A stretch of 64,000 bases of DNA from the NCBI RefSeq assembly GCF_009914755.1, contig NC_060942.1; one strand, 5' to 3'. Source of the DNA: the human T2T-CHM13v2.0 reference genome, Homo sapiens. The notes beneath the pieces are model-generated. The model was given only the letters and a program-made list of their open reading frames with translations. It made no database searches and had not been told where the DNA came from. Below are positions 42,027-56,690 of this stretch, piece by piece. The first letter of the stretch is position 1. Every line of letters begins with the position of its first letter. Made by a program: the position numbers and the translations under genes.

Positions 42027-43895
42027 AAATTTGAGAAGAGATCAGACCAAGTGTTTTTGCAGTAGTTCTTTGCTGTTTTTGTTTTATTTGTCTTTAGCCC
42101 TTTGTTGTGTTATTACTTCAGTATGTGGAAGCAACTTAAAAGTTGAGTGGCAGAAAGGACAACAGGAGATAATAAGAGTAAATCCTTTTCAGTACTTTTT
42201 GATATTTAGCAAAGGATACCTTTGGCTGTAATGGCAATAAGAGTGAAGTGATAATTGAACTTAGCAATGAATTTTCCTTCCAGAGAAAGGAAAAGGTAAA
42301 TAATTTATCTACATATAAATAAGGTATTTTAGAAAATTTCTCTCTATAACTGTTAGATGTAAATAAACAAAATGACAACTTATAAAACACATATAACTTT
42401 CAAATCATAGCACCAGTTGTTTTTCAAGGTCCCAGAAAAATGACTGTAGTAAAATGAAGCATATTGTTTGCAGGTAGGCATTAATTATATCATTAGTTAA
42501 CCAAATACAGAATACAGGACACCCTACATACATATCAACTGAAGCTAATACTAGGTAAGAAAGACCTTTAATGAGATTTAAATGAAAATTAGTTTTGATG
42601 AAAGAATTACATATGTAAACATAGGTAAATATTAATAAAACTTTGAGATTAGCCAATGTCTTACAAATTTGAACAATATGGCTATTTGCAATTTTTCCTA
42701 TTCCTGCATGTCTGAAATCTTAGAGTTTTTATTTTATGTATATAAAACTTATCCTAAAATTCTCCTGGTAGCGTGTTTGACACTTTACATTTTGTGTTTG
42801 AGCATAACACTGCCTCAACTTGTTAATACTTCTTTTGTCATTTATTTTACCAGAAGCATTTCACTTTCTTGAACTCTCCTCTCCACAATATCACTGAATA
42901 CTAAATTGATTATAGTTTTAGCAATAATTTAATATGTAATTGTTGTAAACAAGAAGCATGGCTTATACCATTTCGTGGTTGTATTTATGTGGTTGAGTAT
43001 TTCATTTTCCAAATCATGGTGACTATTAAGATGATGCCAGAAGTAAAAAATCACTATGGTTTGCAAGAGGTGGACAGTGGGGTTTATATCACCTGAATTG
43101 CAATGAAAATATATACATATTTTATAGCTCAAATATTTAGTATGAATGATAAACTTTTCTGAAATTCTTTTTTGTTATGTTGAATCTTACCTTAGTTTAG
43201 AAATAAATAGCATTATCCAACTATTAATTAGAAAAAATATTTCCCAAACAAACATAACCATAGTTATCTCCAAAAATAATTTAGAAAATGTATGCAGCAT
43301 TTTAACTCCTTTTACTTTGACATCTGGGAGTAATGCAAAAGAGCATATTGTCAAATCAGGCTTGAAAGAATAAGATATCGTACTTAGAATTGAGCTCTAC
43401 TAATAATTTCCACTATTCAGGTAATGAAAAGGGGCACAGTGAAGTTGAAAGAGGCCCAAATCTATCAGCACAGTTCTTCAACTACTCCTCATTTCAAATC
43501 TTTGCCCTACATATTGCATATAAGTTTTTTCATGTCTGAAGTCTCCAAATAATGCATGCAGTCACTTTGCTTACACAGAAAGCAAATATTATATTATGAA
43601 TTAGCACCATTTATAGTTACAAAGTCTAGTTGATATTTTTTGGATGGCTCATTTAATCTCATGAATGGGAGCTATCCCTCATAAATCCATAATTTTCAGG
43701 TTTCTTTACTATGAGCAGCTTAGACAGCCCAGGTACATCCTGTGAATCGTGTTCCATCAATAAGGACTCTCCCACAGCAAATACCATTGACTCACTGCCC
43801 AATAGTCTGTTATTAGTATATCTACAAGAGATTAAACTGTGATAACTTAATTTTTTTCTTTTCCAGAGTTACTATTTTGGTAAAATGAGAGAGTG

Positions 43896-43896
<1 letters not shown>

Positions 43897-43937
<41 letters not shown>

Positions 43938-44132
43938 TGAGACAGCATCTTGCTCTGTCACACACGCTGGAGTGCAGTGGCATGATCATAGCCCATGGCA
44001 ACCTTGACCTCCTGGGCTCAAGCAATCCTTCACCTCAGCCTCTTAAGTAACTGGGACCAGAGGCACATGCCATTACGCCTGGCTAATTTTTAAATTATTT
44101 GTGTAGACAGTCTCCCTGTGTTTCCCAGACTG
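43897..44132 (-). mobile_element. AluJ, 5'-truncated, tail converted to (TTA)n microsatellite
   Basis: (tta)n then gagacagcatcttgctctgtc...accttgacctcctgggctcaagcaatcc (J diagnostics); gagagt on both flanks. Confidence 0.88.
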
Positions 44133-44285
44133 AAGAGAGTATATTTTAACTTGTTACTAACCATCTCTTTCCTACTTCTTCTAATTCTTAAATTGCTTAA
44201 GTTTTGATCAAATAATATTTAAATAGTCATATAGTGTTATTGTGATTATTAGAAAGTCATACCCCAGATGTTTCCAAACTTCTCA

Positions 44286-44738
<453 letters not shown>

Positions 44739-46099
44739 TTAGAGACCTTAAGCAATTTTCCAAGGTTTCACGTATATTTAGTACGAATGCTTCTTTCACA
44801 TATAAATCACAAGTCAGTATTTTATTCTCTCTACTATCATATACTTTGGTAAATCTTATTTGTAAAGTTAATTTTGACCTTATTTTCCATTATTTATTTC
44901 CTTCCATTGAGTTGTGATATTACTAGATATTTTATTTTTTTCACAGTGATGTACGTGCCATTTTGTATGAAAAGTAAATTCATTGGCACAGGAAATTAAA
45001 GAGAAAGCTGAACTTAAATGAGCATATAAGATCATCACAAAAAAATGATGCTATAAAACAACATTTTCATAATTGCACTTTGCCTAAATTTAGATTCAGA
45101 TAGCTGTAAAATCTAATCTGAAATAATTCTGATATCTTTAATATAATTTATCATAAAGTACTGAGTGTTATTTTGTAGAAAAAATATTTTTTATAGATGA
45201 ATAAGAATTGTGTGAGAGGATATAAATGTTGAATTACCTTTATTGACATGACTGATGGCAAAATTTATCACTGAGTCCTTAGAAATATTTGCCAATCCAC
45301 TTCTTTTATAATTGGGAATATTTATAAATAGATTAGGACATTGACAAATTACATGAACATCCATTGGTAAGAATAAACAAACAAGATAAAAGAGATGAAA
45401 GTTTATATTTATAATTGAAATTTTTATGTTTATGTCTGTCACACCATTCCTATCAAAGTGGTTGCTCATTATACCACAGAGAGAGAATAACTTTTATGTC
45501 TGAAATCCTGCTTATAAAGATTTTGAGCAAAGCATTTTGTGAAGATATCAAGAGCAATTATCAAAATAGATACTGAAATTATTGTGACTGCAATGTGCCA
45601 CTCACAGATGCTGACCATTTATTGCTTTTTATAGTGGAATGCAGTTTTTTAGAGTGAAAATAGAGATTGAAGATTTTATTCATTCAACGTGAAACATTTT
45701 TAAATTAACATCATAAAATTTATTGTTTGTTATTTAACCAGATCAAGATGAAAACACATTCAAACATCTTTCTTTTTCATTCTCAAAAACATTCTTTCTT
45801 AACACTTACAATATCTTAAACGTTTAAAGGGGATTGGACATGATCTCTGAGAGCTCTCTGAGGTGAAAGCTCTCTGAGAAAGACCTTTAAATTTTCACTG
45901 TATCTTTGCTTTTTAAACTATCATGGTAATATTTTAAAGAAAAGTTCTAGGCCAGCCATTTCTGCCTGGCTTTCCAAAATAGAGAAAAAATAGAGAAATC
46001 CAGGTAGAGATATAGGGCAGTATGTGTAAATTCTTAGGCTTTGTCCATTGTGATAACATTGCTTCACAGTCCAATGAAGCCTGTACCATTTGCATCCAA

Positions 46100-46890
46100 A
46101 ATCATACATGCAAATACTGCATGTGTTTCCACTGAAGAAGCTGACCTCAGTTTTCTGTTAGTCCTTTAACTATATACACTAAGCAATAGTTTGTCTGGCT
46201 GCCCATCTATATTGCCCTTAGGAATATCATAGTCTATTGGCCATCACCATATATTCCTGTAAGGATCTGATCATTCCAGACTGACTGCCATTACAAATGT
46301 GTCACCCTCTGTGGTAATTACACCCACCTTGTCTCTGCTTGTCTGGTATCTATTCATCCTACTGGCAATATAGAAACCATCATTTTTTTTCCATCAGCTT
46401 CAACCATTGGAAAAAGACAATCTACTGAGTTAGTAACAATGCCAGTTGCCTCTCACAAGCATATTTCTTAGACAAGCTCACAAGGGCCAGAGGAATTGAG
46501 ACATTTAGGATTCTGTCCAAATATCTCTATTTCTAGCTTCAGTGTAGACATGGGACATTTGCTGAGCCTGAAAATGTTGCCTTCTCTGAAATTTGATCAC
46601 TCATATCATTGAGTTCTGTGCCTGCTTTCTGCTATATCAGTTCTCCAGCTGCAGGTGACGAGGGTCCTTAAATGCAGTCATGGAACCCTTTAAGCTTGTT
46701 TCAAGGTAATAATAAACTGGCTTGAATCTACTCTTTATAATGCATCAGCGGCATTCAGCAACAACCACCACCCAGTTTCATAGTCCTTATAGTTACTAGT
46801 TACTCATACCTCTCAAATGTCAAAGATACCACACATGTGAGTGCATCACCTTCAACACGTATTATGCCCCAATTCACCCAGTGTAGACCT
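46100..46890 (-). mobile_element. ERVL-type internal sequence, 5'/gag-like region (HERV16/ERV3-16A3-like), decayed
   Basis: Minus strand around 46840-46885 reads VNWGIIRVEGDAL, similar to the VNWDGIQVEGDAL motif I recall from ERVL-class internals. Boundaries approximate. Confidence 0.5.
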
Positions 46891-46959
46891 TCTTCTGCTG
46901 GATGGAGCCAGGTAGGATGTGATACGCCAACGTTCAACTAAGTTGCCAAATCCATATAG

Positions 46960-47280
46960 AACAGCTGCACCACAACCCGAACCAAGGGAGATGAAAGCTG
47001 TCCCTCAGCCGTTGAGCCTGCTGAAGTGCTTCTTCCTCAACATAGAACTGTCCAGGGTGGGTGCAGTATCTAACTCAAATGCCATGGCCTCCAATTGTTC
47101 TCGTCTAGCTCTGCAGATTTTGTGGAACAAATGCCTCTCTGTTTGCCATAAGCTCTTTGGTCAATTTCCAGGAAGAATTGACCTGGAGGATTCTCTTTGC
47201 TAAGTTTGACCAATTAAATCGATTTCTCTGGAAGAGAGGTTTCCTTGAGCTCCTCATACCACCATTCTGCAAGTCCTGCC
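46960..47280 (-). mobile_element. Old L1 (L1M4/L1MC-like) 5' UTR fragment
   Basis: Minus strand: gacttgcagaatggtggtatgaggagctc...ctggaaattgacc...gcaaacagagaggcatttgttccacaaaatctg...ggcatttgag. Confidence 0.55.
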
Positions 47281-47339
47281 TGCCCAGGTCAGCGTTGATC
47301 CTTTTTTATGAACTTTGTATGTCCATCATCCCTGCCAAG

Positions 47340-47721
47340 CTCCTGTGTGTTTTACTGCTACTTGCACCTGCAACCTTCTTCAGGGGATAATTTCTGGCCA
47401 CCAGAGCCCCCTTACTCATATGGAGAAGTCACAAGTGCCTAGGACTTTATGTTGTTTCTCTACTCCTGAGGAAGCCTGTAGCCAATAATTACTTATTTGG
47501 AGTGCAAACATGGTGCTCATCTGTCTTAACATAGAGCAAACTCAGGGGCATAATTTACATTCCAGAGCTCTCCACAGCATCAGGCAGATTTGGCTTCTCC
47601 TGCTTCCCTATCCTGTTTCTTATTCCCTTGCCACTACTTCCTGGGAGCATTTCCTTAATAAATCACTTGCACTTGAATTCTTGGCTCAAAATCTGCCACT
47701 GTGGGAACCTGAATTAAGACA
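47340..47721 (+). mobile_element. LTR16 (C-like) ERVL LTR
   Basis: Ends ...cctgggagcatttccttaataaatcacttgcacttgaattc...gggaacctgaattaagaca. Confidence 0.8.
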
Positions 47722-48383
47722 AATATTTTTATAACATCCCCATGACTTTGCAAGAGTAGCACCTCACAGAAAGCAGTGAATCCATAAAAGAAATGGGCTG
47801 AGACAGAAAAAGGACAGGATTCAGTATTAGAGTCTTAATAAAGAATTTCTCTTCAGGAGGTAATAAACAGCAAGGTAACAGAAATTTATTAAATGAGTCA
47901 ACTAACTGTATCAAGTTTGGGCAGCAGGAAATTCATTGTTGTGGAACAATGAAATGACATCTTGCATTGTACATGATTTAAAAAGAGAACGGAGATAGGG
48001 CAGGGCTACACATACTGTGTTCAGTTCATTCTGGTTTATGTTCCTGGTCAACAAGTGACAACAATGGAATTCAGACAAGTTGTATTTCATGAACCTTCCC
48101 TAGAACTTTAGGAGAGTTATCTCAGTTATAAAGACTTGTCAGTTCCAGGAACATGGTAGCAGAGCAAGTCTCTGGATATTTAACTAACAATAAAAAAGGG
48201 AGAAAATTTTCCCTTCACTTCTATAAATGCTTATTTGTTTTCCTTGTTAGTGTACCAATTTAGTAGACTTTATCAATTAAAATTGATCCTTCTGTATGTA
48301 TGTGTGTGTATCATTCTAATGGAGGATTCTGCAAAAATACATATGACATTTATAACAAAAAATTGTTATGAAAAAGGGCTTGA

Positions 48384-48468
48384 TGTATACATATGTAATA
48401 AACCTGCACGTTGTGCACATGTACCCTAAAACTTAAAGTATAATATAAAATTAAAACAAACAAAAAAA
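48384..48468 (+). mobile_element. Severely 5'-truncated L1PA (terminal ~60 nt plus A tail)
   Basis: tgtatacatatgtaataaacctgcacgttgtgcacatgtaccctaaaacttaaagtataat; perfect 14-bp TSD gaaaaagggcttga (48370-48383 / 48469-48482). Confidence 0.95.
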
Positions 48469-48642
48469 GAAAAAGGGCTTGAAAGGAATGCTAACGTATT
48501 TTCAGGATTTAAGTGGGGAAGGGGCTTGGGCAGGACAATAGCCCATGGATAGAATACAAATAAATGGCATAACGGATATTTTTACCCATGGGGAGAAGGT
48601 GGGGGAGGAAGGTGAAGATAGGTCATCATAAGAAAGATTACA

Positions 48643-48943
48643 GGCCAGGCACAGTGGCTTATGCCTGTAATCCCAGCACTTTGGGAAGCTGAGCTGGGTG
48701 GATCACGAGGTCAGAAATTCAAGACCAGCCTGGACAACATGGTGAAATGCCGTCTCTACTAAAAATACAAAAAAGTTAGCCAGATGTGATGGTGCACGTC
48801 TGTAATCCCAGCTACCTGGGAAGCTGAGGCGGGAGAATCGCTTGAACCTGCGAGGCGGAGGTTGCAGTGAGCAGTGAGCCAAGATTGTGCCATTGCACTC
48901 CAGCCTGGTGACATAGTGAGGCTTTGTCAAAAAGAAAAAAAAA
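48643..48943 (+). mobile_element. AluS (Sg/Sc-like), full length
   Basis: Complete dimer, with a small internal duplication gcagtgagcagtgagcc. Confidence 0.92.
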
Positions 48944-50001
48944 ATACAGAGCTTTTATGTTTTGTTGATTTTTTAAAAGTAATAAGCTTAGCAGAAGTTA
49001 TCCTTTCATCCACAAAAGCCTGGGAAGTACATACAGTACTCACCATTGTAACACTGAAGAGAAATAATAAGCCAGTCTGGAATATTCATGACCAGTTGCA
49101 ACAAGAGCATTTTTCCAGTTGGACAGTAGAAAAGGGACGTAGTACTGTCTTATTTTGAAGTGTTCACAAGTTGGATGTTAACTGTGAGTCTGTCCTTGAT
49201 GGCAAACTAATTTAAGAGCATAAATGTTGGGTAATTTTATATGAAGCAATATGTAAGTCTCTAATGCTAAAACACCATCTCAGATTCCAATAACAATGTT
49301 TCATTCTTGCCTTTCTCCAGGTTATTGAGTTTCCCCATGTATTGAGAAGATAACTTATAAGACACCCCAGGATTAAATTAATAAATTTAATTAACATAAT
49401 GCATCATTAACTCCCTTGTTAGTATGAGAAACTGGCATATTTCTCTCCTGTTATTACCAAGTTCCTGAATTTGTGTGGGTTTGACCTAGTTTACAGTTGC
49501 TTAGTATTTGAGAATCATGGCATTTTTGCTTCCACGTTGCCCTGCTAACTTTTGCGGCACTCATGCTACAATACCCTGGGGATTTCTCGCTTATCCCTGG
49601 ACCACAATACCAGGCAGTGGCGGTCTCAGCAATTAGTTGGCTTGCCTTTCTCACTCAGAAAACTGTGGTTCATCCACCAATCAATCACTAGGGGAAGTGA
49701 ACACATTTCTTACCACCTGCAGCCATATCCTTTTCTATCCTCTTTTCTTGAAGTCTTTTCTTTTTTCCCTAGTGTCTCATACCCTATTTTTTTTCAATCC
49801 AAGCAGAGTATTCTTCCCACCTTCTGTGGAAACATTTTCTCTTCATCTAACCTATAGGATTGCCTCTGTTTGCATCTTCCAGAATACATCATTAGTTCTT
49901 CATTCTTTACTCCAAGGTTATAGAGGAAAGTGACAACGTGGCTTTAATTAACATGTTGCACCAGTTAGCTGGAGCAACACTGGAAGAGCAGTAAATGATA
50001 C

Positions 50002-50379
50002 GGATATGGTTTAGCTCTGTGTCCCCATCTAAATCTCATGTTGAATTATAATTCCCAGTGTTGGAGGAGGCGCCTGGTGGGAGGTGATTGAATCATGGGG
50101 GGCGGACTTCCTCCTGGCTCATGATAAGAGTTCTCAGGAGATCTGGCTGCTTGAAAAGTGTGTGGCACTTCCCCCTTCTTTCTCTCTGTCTCCTGCTCCC
50201 ACTATGTAAGACATGCTGGCTTCCCCTTTGCCTTCTGCCATGATTGTAAATTTCCTGAGGCCTCCTCAGCCACGCTTCCTGCACAGCCTGCAGAACTGTG
50301 AGTCACTTAAGTCTCTTGTCTTTATTACTTACCCAGTCTCAGGTAGTTCTTTATAGCAGTGTGAGAATGGACTAATACA
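50002..50379 (+). mobile_element. MSTA solo LTR
   Basis: gatatggtttagctctgtgtccccatctaaatctcatgttgaatt...gtgagaatggactaataca; perfect 5-bp TSD GATAC. Confidence 0.93.
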
Positions 50380-51399
50380 GATACCATGTTTGATGATGGC
50401 AAAAGGGAAGGCGCTATGCAAGCCAGACAAAGCCCTGCCCATGAGCTCACTCTGACTTAGTGTTATGTACATTTCCTAATAAACATAGTTTGTCATTAAT
50501 CCGCCACATCACTATAACTATGAACAGTAGTTATAGTGGTATTTTATGTTTAGAATATATATATATGCTTGTGTATGTATATTTATGATTCAAGTCACTG
50601 ACTTGGAGTCTCTATACATTTTAATCAGAAATATATAATCAGTAATTTTCCGTTATCTTTATTTCATTGTAATGTATGAGTAAGTATTCTCATCACATCT
50701 TGATAAAAGTAGGTATATAACTGGATGGGCCCAAAAAGCAATTGTAATAAAGTTGCATGAAATTTCTTTATATGAAATTTAGTGGCCAGATTTTGGCAAT
50801 GGTTTCTCTATTGTCACATTTAAAACTTTTTCAACAAATCTCATTATCCTTAAGCAGATGACACCATTGACGTTTTTAAAAAAAAATTCCAAAAAATGTG
50901 AATTTTGTAAAATCATTCCATCCTGGTTCTTCCCTGTCACTGGCCATTTTTAGTCCTTTCTCCCTCTCTATCCTGTTATTCTGATTCGATGTTAAATTTT
51001 TATGTTCTTCAGCTTTCTCTATTCTTGGCTTTTTTCTCCAGATATTCTTTCAGTTGAAGTGCCTTTTCCACTGGTTGTGCAAAGAGAGAAATTACTGGCT
51101 GAAGTAACTGAAGAGTCCCGGGGTGGCTTAGCTTCACTGCGGTACCAAAATGTGTTACCAAGATCCACTTCGGCTCTCTGCAGGGCTGACTCTGCTCTCC
51201 TGCTCTGCGTGGAGGCTTCATTTTTACACAAAATACGCCAGCAAGTGGGCAAGAGCAGAGCCAAACTGCAAGTTTCTGGATGCAAACCTCGGGGAAAGCC
51301 CAAGGTTCCCTCTCTGTGAAGCTCCAGTGGTATTTGACTGATAAGAGTCATTCTAATTACTGTCTAGAGGATCCTAAGAATCAGTGGAGTGTGCTAACT

Positions 51400-51542
51400 A
51401 GCCTAGGTCGGCATTTGGCACTGACATTTTGGATAGGACAATTTCTTGTGCAATAATGTCTGGGCCTTTGGTGGTGCTTAACATCCCTCAATCTAGGGAA
51501 ATAAATACCTGTAACATCCCCCTGAGAATGGAGAACTATTGG
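51400..51542. mobile_element. MER20-like hAT fragment
   Basis: ggcactgacattttggataggacaatttcttg...gcttaacatccctc...gagaactattg. Confidence 0.5.
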
Positions 51543-52231
51543 GTGAGACCCATCAGGGGCCCTTAAATTAATAATTCTGAATTGGGTAGAATCCATCTGA
51601 ATCAATGCTGTGGGCTCTGAATACAGGAGGATAGATTTCTGTTAGGAAATGTATGTACTATTTAAGGAAAAAGGTGTGAATTGTGGCTGCAGTGAATGGA
51701 TGTCGATTATAGTGTTTTTCAATTTCTATACCCTCTTCTCAGGTATTATCATCCTTAAGACTCTAACGCTCAATGGTCAGCTAACAAGCAGGATTCATCT
51801 GCTGAGATCTAAGCCAATGTGTGCAAATAACCTCGTCTGGTACTGGAGCCCCCCTGGGGTCTAGTCTTGAGCTTATCATTTCCCCTTCATCCTAAGTTTG
51901 TTCTTCCACATTATCTCACTTTCCATTGCTTATTCCATCGTTCAGCACATACTGTATCCTCTGCCACGTCACATTGATTATGTCTCCTACATATTGTTAT
52001 AACCCATCCTTTCCATTCAAATATTTTTGTAATGCCTTGAGTTATCAAAAGAGAGTAAGTGTATTATTGCAGAAATGATTTATCTAACTCATTCTATCAT
52101 CTCCCTACTTGTCCAATACGTAACTGCCAGAATATTCTTTCAGATATTAAATATTGTTATTTCAGTGCATTGCTATTATTCAGTGATTTCTGATCCTTTG
52201 TAAGAGAGATGGAACTACGACTGTTCAATTA

Positions 52232-52410
52232 TAGTTGAACAATTCTATGGCCTGTGGATTAAGTCTGCCCTACTGTCTGTTTTTTGTAAATAAAGTTTTA
52301 TTGGAAGGCACTCACGCACATTCATTTACACATCGTCTATGACAGCTTTCATGCTGCAAGAGTTGAGTAGTTATCTTTTATAGATTAAATATTTTGACAG
52401 TTGCCCCATA
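52232..52410. mobile_element. MER58A within L2 remnants (~51900-52900)
   Basis: ctatggcctgtgg...tgttttttgtaaataaagttttattggaa...cattcatttacacatcgtctatgacagcttt. Confidence 0.75.
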
Positions 52411-54310
52411 GAATAAAATCCTGGTCTTTTAGAGTGCCATGCCCTCTAACATTTTGCTTCTATTATCACATCCTCAGCCATCCATATCTTGAAAACCATC
52501 TTACTATACTTTTAAATACCAGATGTGATTGGTTCATGGAACACAGCATGCTATTTCACTAGTTCTTTCCTTAATCCCTGCTGTCTTCTTCATTTGATCT
52601 AATTTCAGATCTTATCCAAATACAATTACACTTTATTCAAAACATTCATCTCAGACGTAGCTTCTTCAGAAAGTCTTCTGTGATTCCAGGTAGATAAAAT
52701 ATTAATAATTTCATTTTTGTTTTACTTCTCTACATTAAACTTTATTCGATTATTACAATTATGTTTTTTGTTTATAAATTCATTTTTTGCAATACCCTGT
52801 GAAACTTAAAAATAGATATTATGCATCATTAATATTGTTATCCCAAATCTCCAAAACATTCTTCTTTATATGGTAGAATCATAATAAATATTTGGCAAGT
52901 GCATAACTGAATCATTTTTAATTCTAAATTGGGGATACCAGATAAACATTATCCATGCAATGGGCTTAACATAGCCTAATTTTGTTTGTGTACATCTCAT
53001 TGTACACTGTGTTACCTGTGGAGTTTCTATGATGCATGCTGTTAATAGAAACTAATGTAGCTGTAATATTAGTAAAGTTAGCTACCACTTAGTATGAAGA
53101 ATTAAGTTTGATTTAGATATATAACATGATGATGTTGAGGAGTTACTCTCATAGGTGGATACACATTCTCTTAGAAAGCCAGTACTGTTAGAGATAGGTT
53201 TGGTTGAAATGCTGTTAGGATTTTTCTAGCAGTTTCCTTAGCAATGCAAATACTGTCTATTGTAATTTACTAAAATAACAGCTAATGCTCATGGTTCATT
53301 ATTACAATGCTGATAATACCACTCTCTAACATTGTGACTTGTTTTTTCGAAGGATGATATGATAGAAATCGTAGAATATGATTTCTATGATTGCTTTAAT
53401 AATAAAATACAAATTCTATAGTGTTTGAGTAACTCTTTGGCAGTCCCTGCCTCTGACTCCCCAACTTCTCATCGCTACATCCTGGGATATACAAGGTTCA
53501 GTGTCGCTCACTTTATTGAGCTTTTATTGATAAAGGCAGGAATGGTTTTGCTTTTATCTATGATCTAAAAAATCAACAAAGATTGATAATACTGATGTAT
53601 TGTACCTCACCTCCACCATCTTGGTTAGATTATAATCAGTTTACTCATGCAGATAGCAGGAAGTTTTGTACTCTTGGAGATTGCACCTGGGAAGAATGAC
53701 ATCGTGGCTGCTTATGTTGCCCTTAACTCAGCTCTCCTCTTCCTCTGCCCACTCCCTTGGTCCAATGAATACAGATGCCTTTCTGACATGTCCGCTATCC
53801 CATGTTTATTACTCTTGTGTAGTTTGGCTTGAAGACTAGAGACCTGGCCCCATTCCCATCCTGTTTCCTTGGGGCTCTGTCATCCTTCTTAGAACAGGAG
53901 CACTTCTGTTTTCCAGTCCTTGTTTGGCAGACTGACTCCTGTGCAGATATCTGTAGAATGTGTCAACATTAACATTCCACAAAAGTATGCCTTGTCCTGT
54001 CATTGAACCTTCATTTTTAAAATATTGCTTAAATCATCATGAAACTTGTTAGATCAGTTAACACCATGCATATCTGAATAGCTTACCTCTCTTACTCTAA
54101 TGGTATAGGCTAATCCATTCCCCAAATTGAGTTTGTAACATTTCAAGTTGGATCACAGTGTCTTCCTATTGAACTCTTCTGGAGTATGTTATGATACGCT
54201 TAAACCTAAGCTTGAGTATTGTCAAAAAATATGTGAGTACTGCATGGAAATGGAGGGAAATGAAAAAGATCAGTAATATCCAGTTTTTCTCAGAAAATAT
54301 TTTCATCTTA

Positions 54311-54631
<321 letters not shown>

Positions 54632-56589
54632 AGAAAAGACAGTTAAAGGAAACGATTATATGCATTCTGTAGTGAACAGAATTGAGTGCTGAATAGAACT
54701 ATATGTGAAATACAGCATGAGTTTATACAAAAAAGTAATTACTTGTTACTAATGGGATCTAGGGAAATTTATCCTAGGCATGTGGCTTGAAATTCAGAGT
54801 GAAAATAATTATATATACATATAATTACATATTGAGAATTAATGGAGAGACTTTCTGCTCTGAATAAATATCTTGTAAAAATGTACAGATAAATGAACAT
54901 AATGTCAAAATCGTATTACACATTTGTCATATAAGATGTGTATGTTGAAATGAACCAATTAAGAATGGGTTAAATGCAGAAAAATAGGTGTAGAGAAATG
55001 GTGATTCATGCTGAGGCAGTATATGGTAATAGAGGCTTTAAGCTGAAGAAGGATATATTTCCCAGAGTGAATTTTTATTTCACAGCAGAAAAGTAGATCA
55101 ATAACATTTTTAATTTTAATGGCTCATGAATGTGGCGAAACGTTCAGATTTTGGGCGTTAGAGCATTCCTCTTTGGTGATCTTTGTAAAAGTAGTCTTAA
55201 AAAAGATCTCTGAAAAAAAAAGTAGCCTAAGGAGATAATTGAAAAAAAATTTTTTTTAATTAACAAACATGATATATATATATATATATATATCTATTTC
55301 TCCTTTCAAAATTAGGCTTAGATTCTGCTGAGCACTGAAACTGGCTTTCATCTCTAGACAAGCATGGCAAGTTTTCTCTTGTTTGTTACTTTCTCAACTT
55401 TCCCCAAATTCCACCGAATATACTATGTCAGTCCTTTCAAGAAACACACTAACATGATTTTGAAGAGATACTTATTGATTGGGGATATTTCAATTAGAAA
55501 CCATTACTAGCAAATTTGTATTCAAGTATGATGCTACCTTAGGGGTTTGTAAGTGCTCAAGCATTCCTCTTTGAAGCCAATGATTTCCATATTTTTTATA
55601 TTTCTTCAGTTTCATAGAAAGCAAAAAAATTAAAAAAGCATCTCTCATGTGCATTATGACGTGGTGGAGTGAGTTTCAAAACGTGTTAGTTTTACTCCCG
55701 TGGAAGACAGTGAATTCTGCCATTGCTACCTCTGGTTACACGAGCTTGACTCCAAAATCCTATTCTTCCTAAGCACCACTTTGCAATCCTAAGACATAAA
55801 AGACGTCCTACCGGAACAGAAGAGCTGGTCCCATCCTCACTCTCTCCCTTCACTTGTGCTTTACTCTCCAAGTAAAGAGGTATTTCCTTCAGGTTTAATG
55901 CATGTAGCTGCTCAGGTTGAGTTCTATTAACATACAAAAACCAGTTAGTCAAATCCCTCAAATGAGCAGACTTTAATTTTCCCTAGGCATTTTTTTAGGA
56001 AGCAAGTGTTTTCATTTGAAATGAAATTTATCACGGATTCTAACACTGTATTGAGAGCATTGCAACTCCTAAGAGCCAAGTCGCTTTTAATCTGTTCTGT
56101 GGGCCCTTGGGATGTCATGTATTTTCTAGAAAATAGCTTTACCATGGCACAGGTACTCACTACTTCCACAAGTGTTTTAGATTTTAAATAATTGTGTGGT
56201 TTTTTAAAATATATATTAGTGGATTTGTATGTGCTGGAATACATCAAGGCTTTATTTCCCACTACTTGTGCCAATCCTTACTGAAGCCAATTAAAATGTT
56301 TGGCAGTTGGCTTGTTCGCTTAAATACTGATGAAACAGACTATACTGAGAAGGATATTGTTCACTATTCTTGGACCGTTTATAAGAATTTCTTTATGACA
56401 ATTGTTCACCCATGATCTATAAAAATCGACAAAGATTGTTAATATTGATGTATTGTAGAAGCCTACTGAGTCTTCAGAGGGAGTTATGAGAGTCTTAGAC
56501 CAAACATTTTGAGAAAAGAATGAAAATTAGTCTCTCTGGAAACATTTTCATCACTAATTGTTTAGTGTCATCTTTCCTTTTTAATTTTT

Positions 56590-56690
56590 CTAAAATTTAT
56601 TGAGCATCTACCATGTACCAGACAGTGTTCTGTACTTCAGGTTTAATAGTGAAAAAGCATACAGAATTTTTTACCCCATGCAGCTTATGG
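56590..56690 (-). mobile_element. L2 3' end fragment
   Basis: atttattgagcatctaccatgtaccagacagtgttct. Confidence 0.65.

Noticed and set aside
51002-51351. Four overlapping ORFs in a slightly GC-richer unique segment
   Set aside because: No recognisable domain, ORFs on both strands, and lengths within chance expectation.
55692-56415. Adjacent 89-aa and 109-aa minus-strand ORFs
   Set aside because: No recognisable homology or exon structure; cannot be supported without a search.
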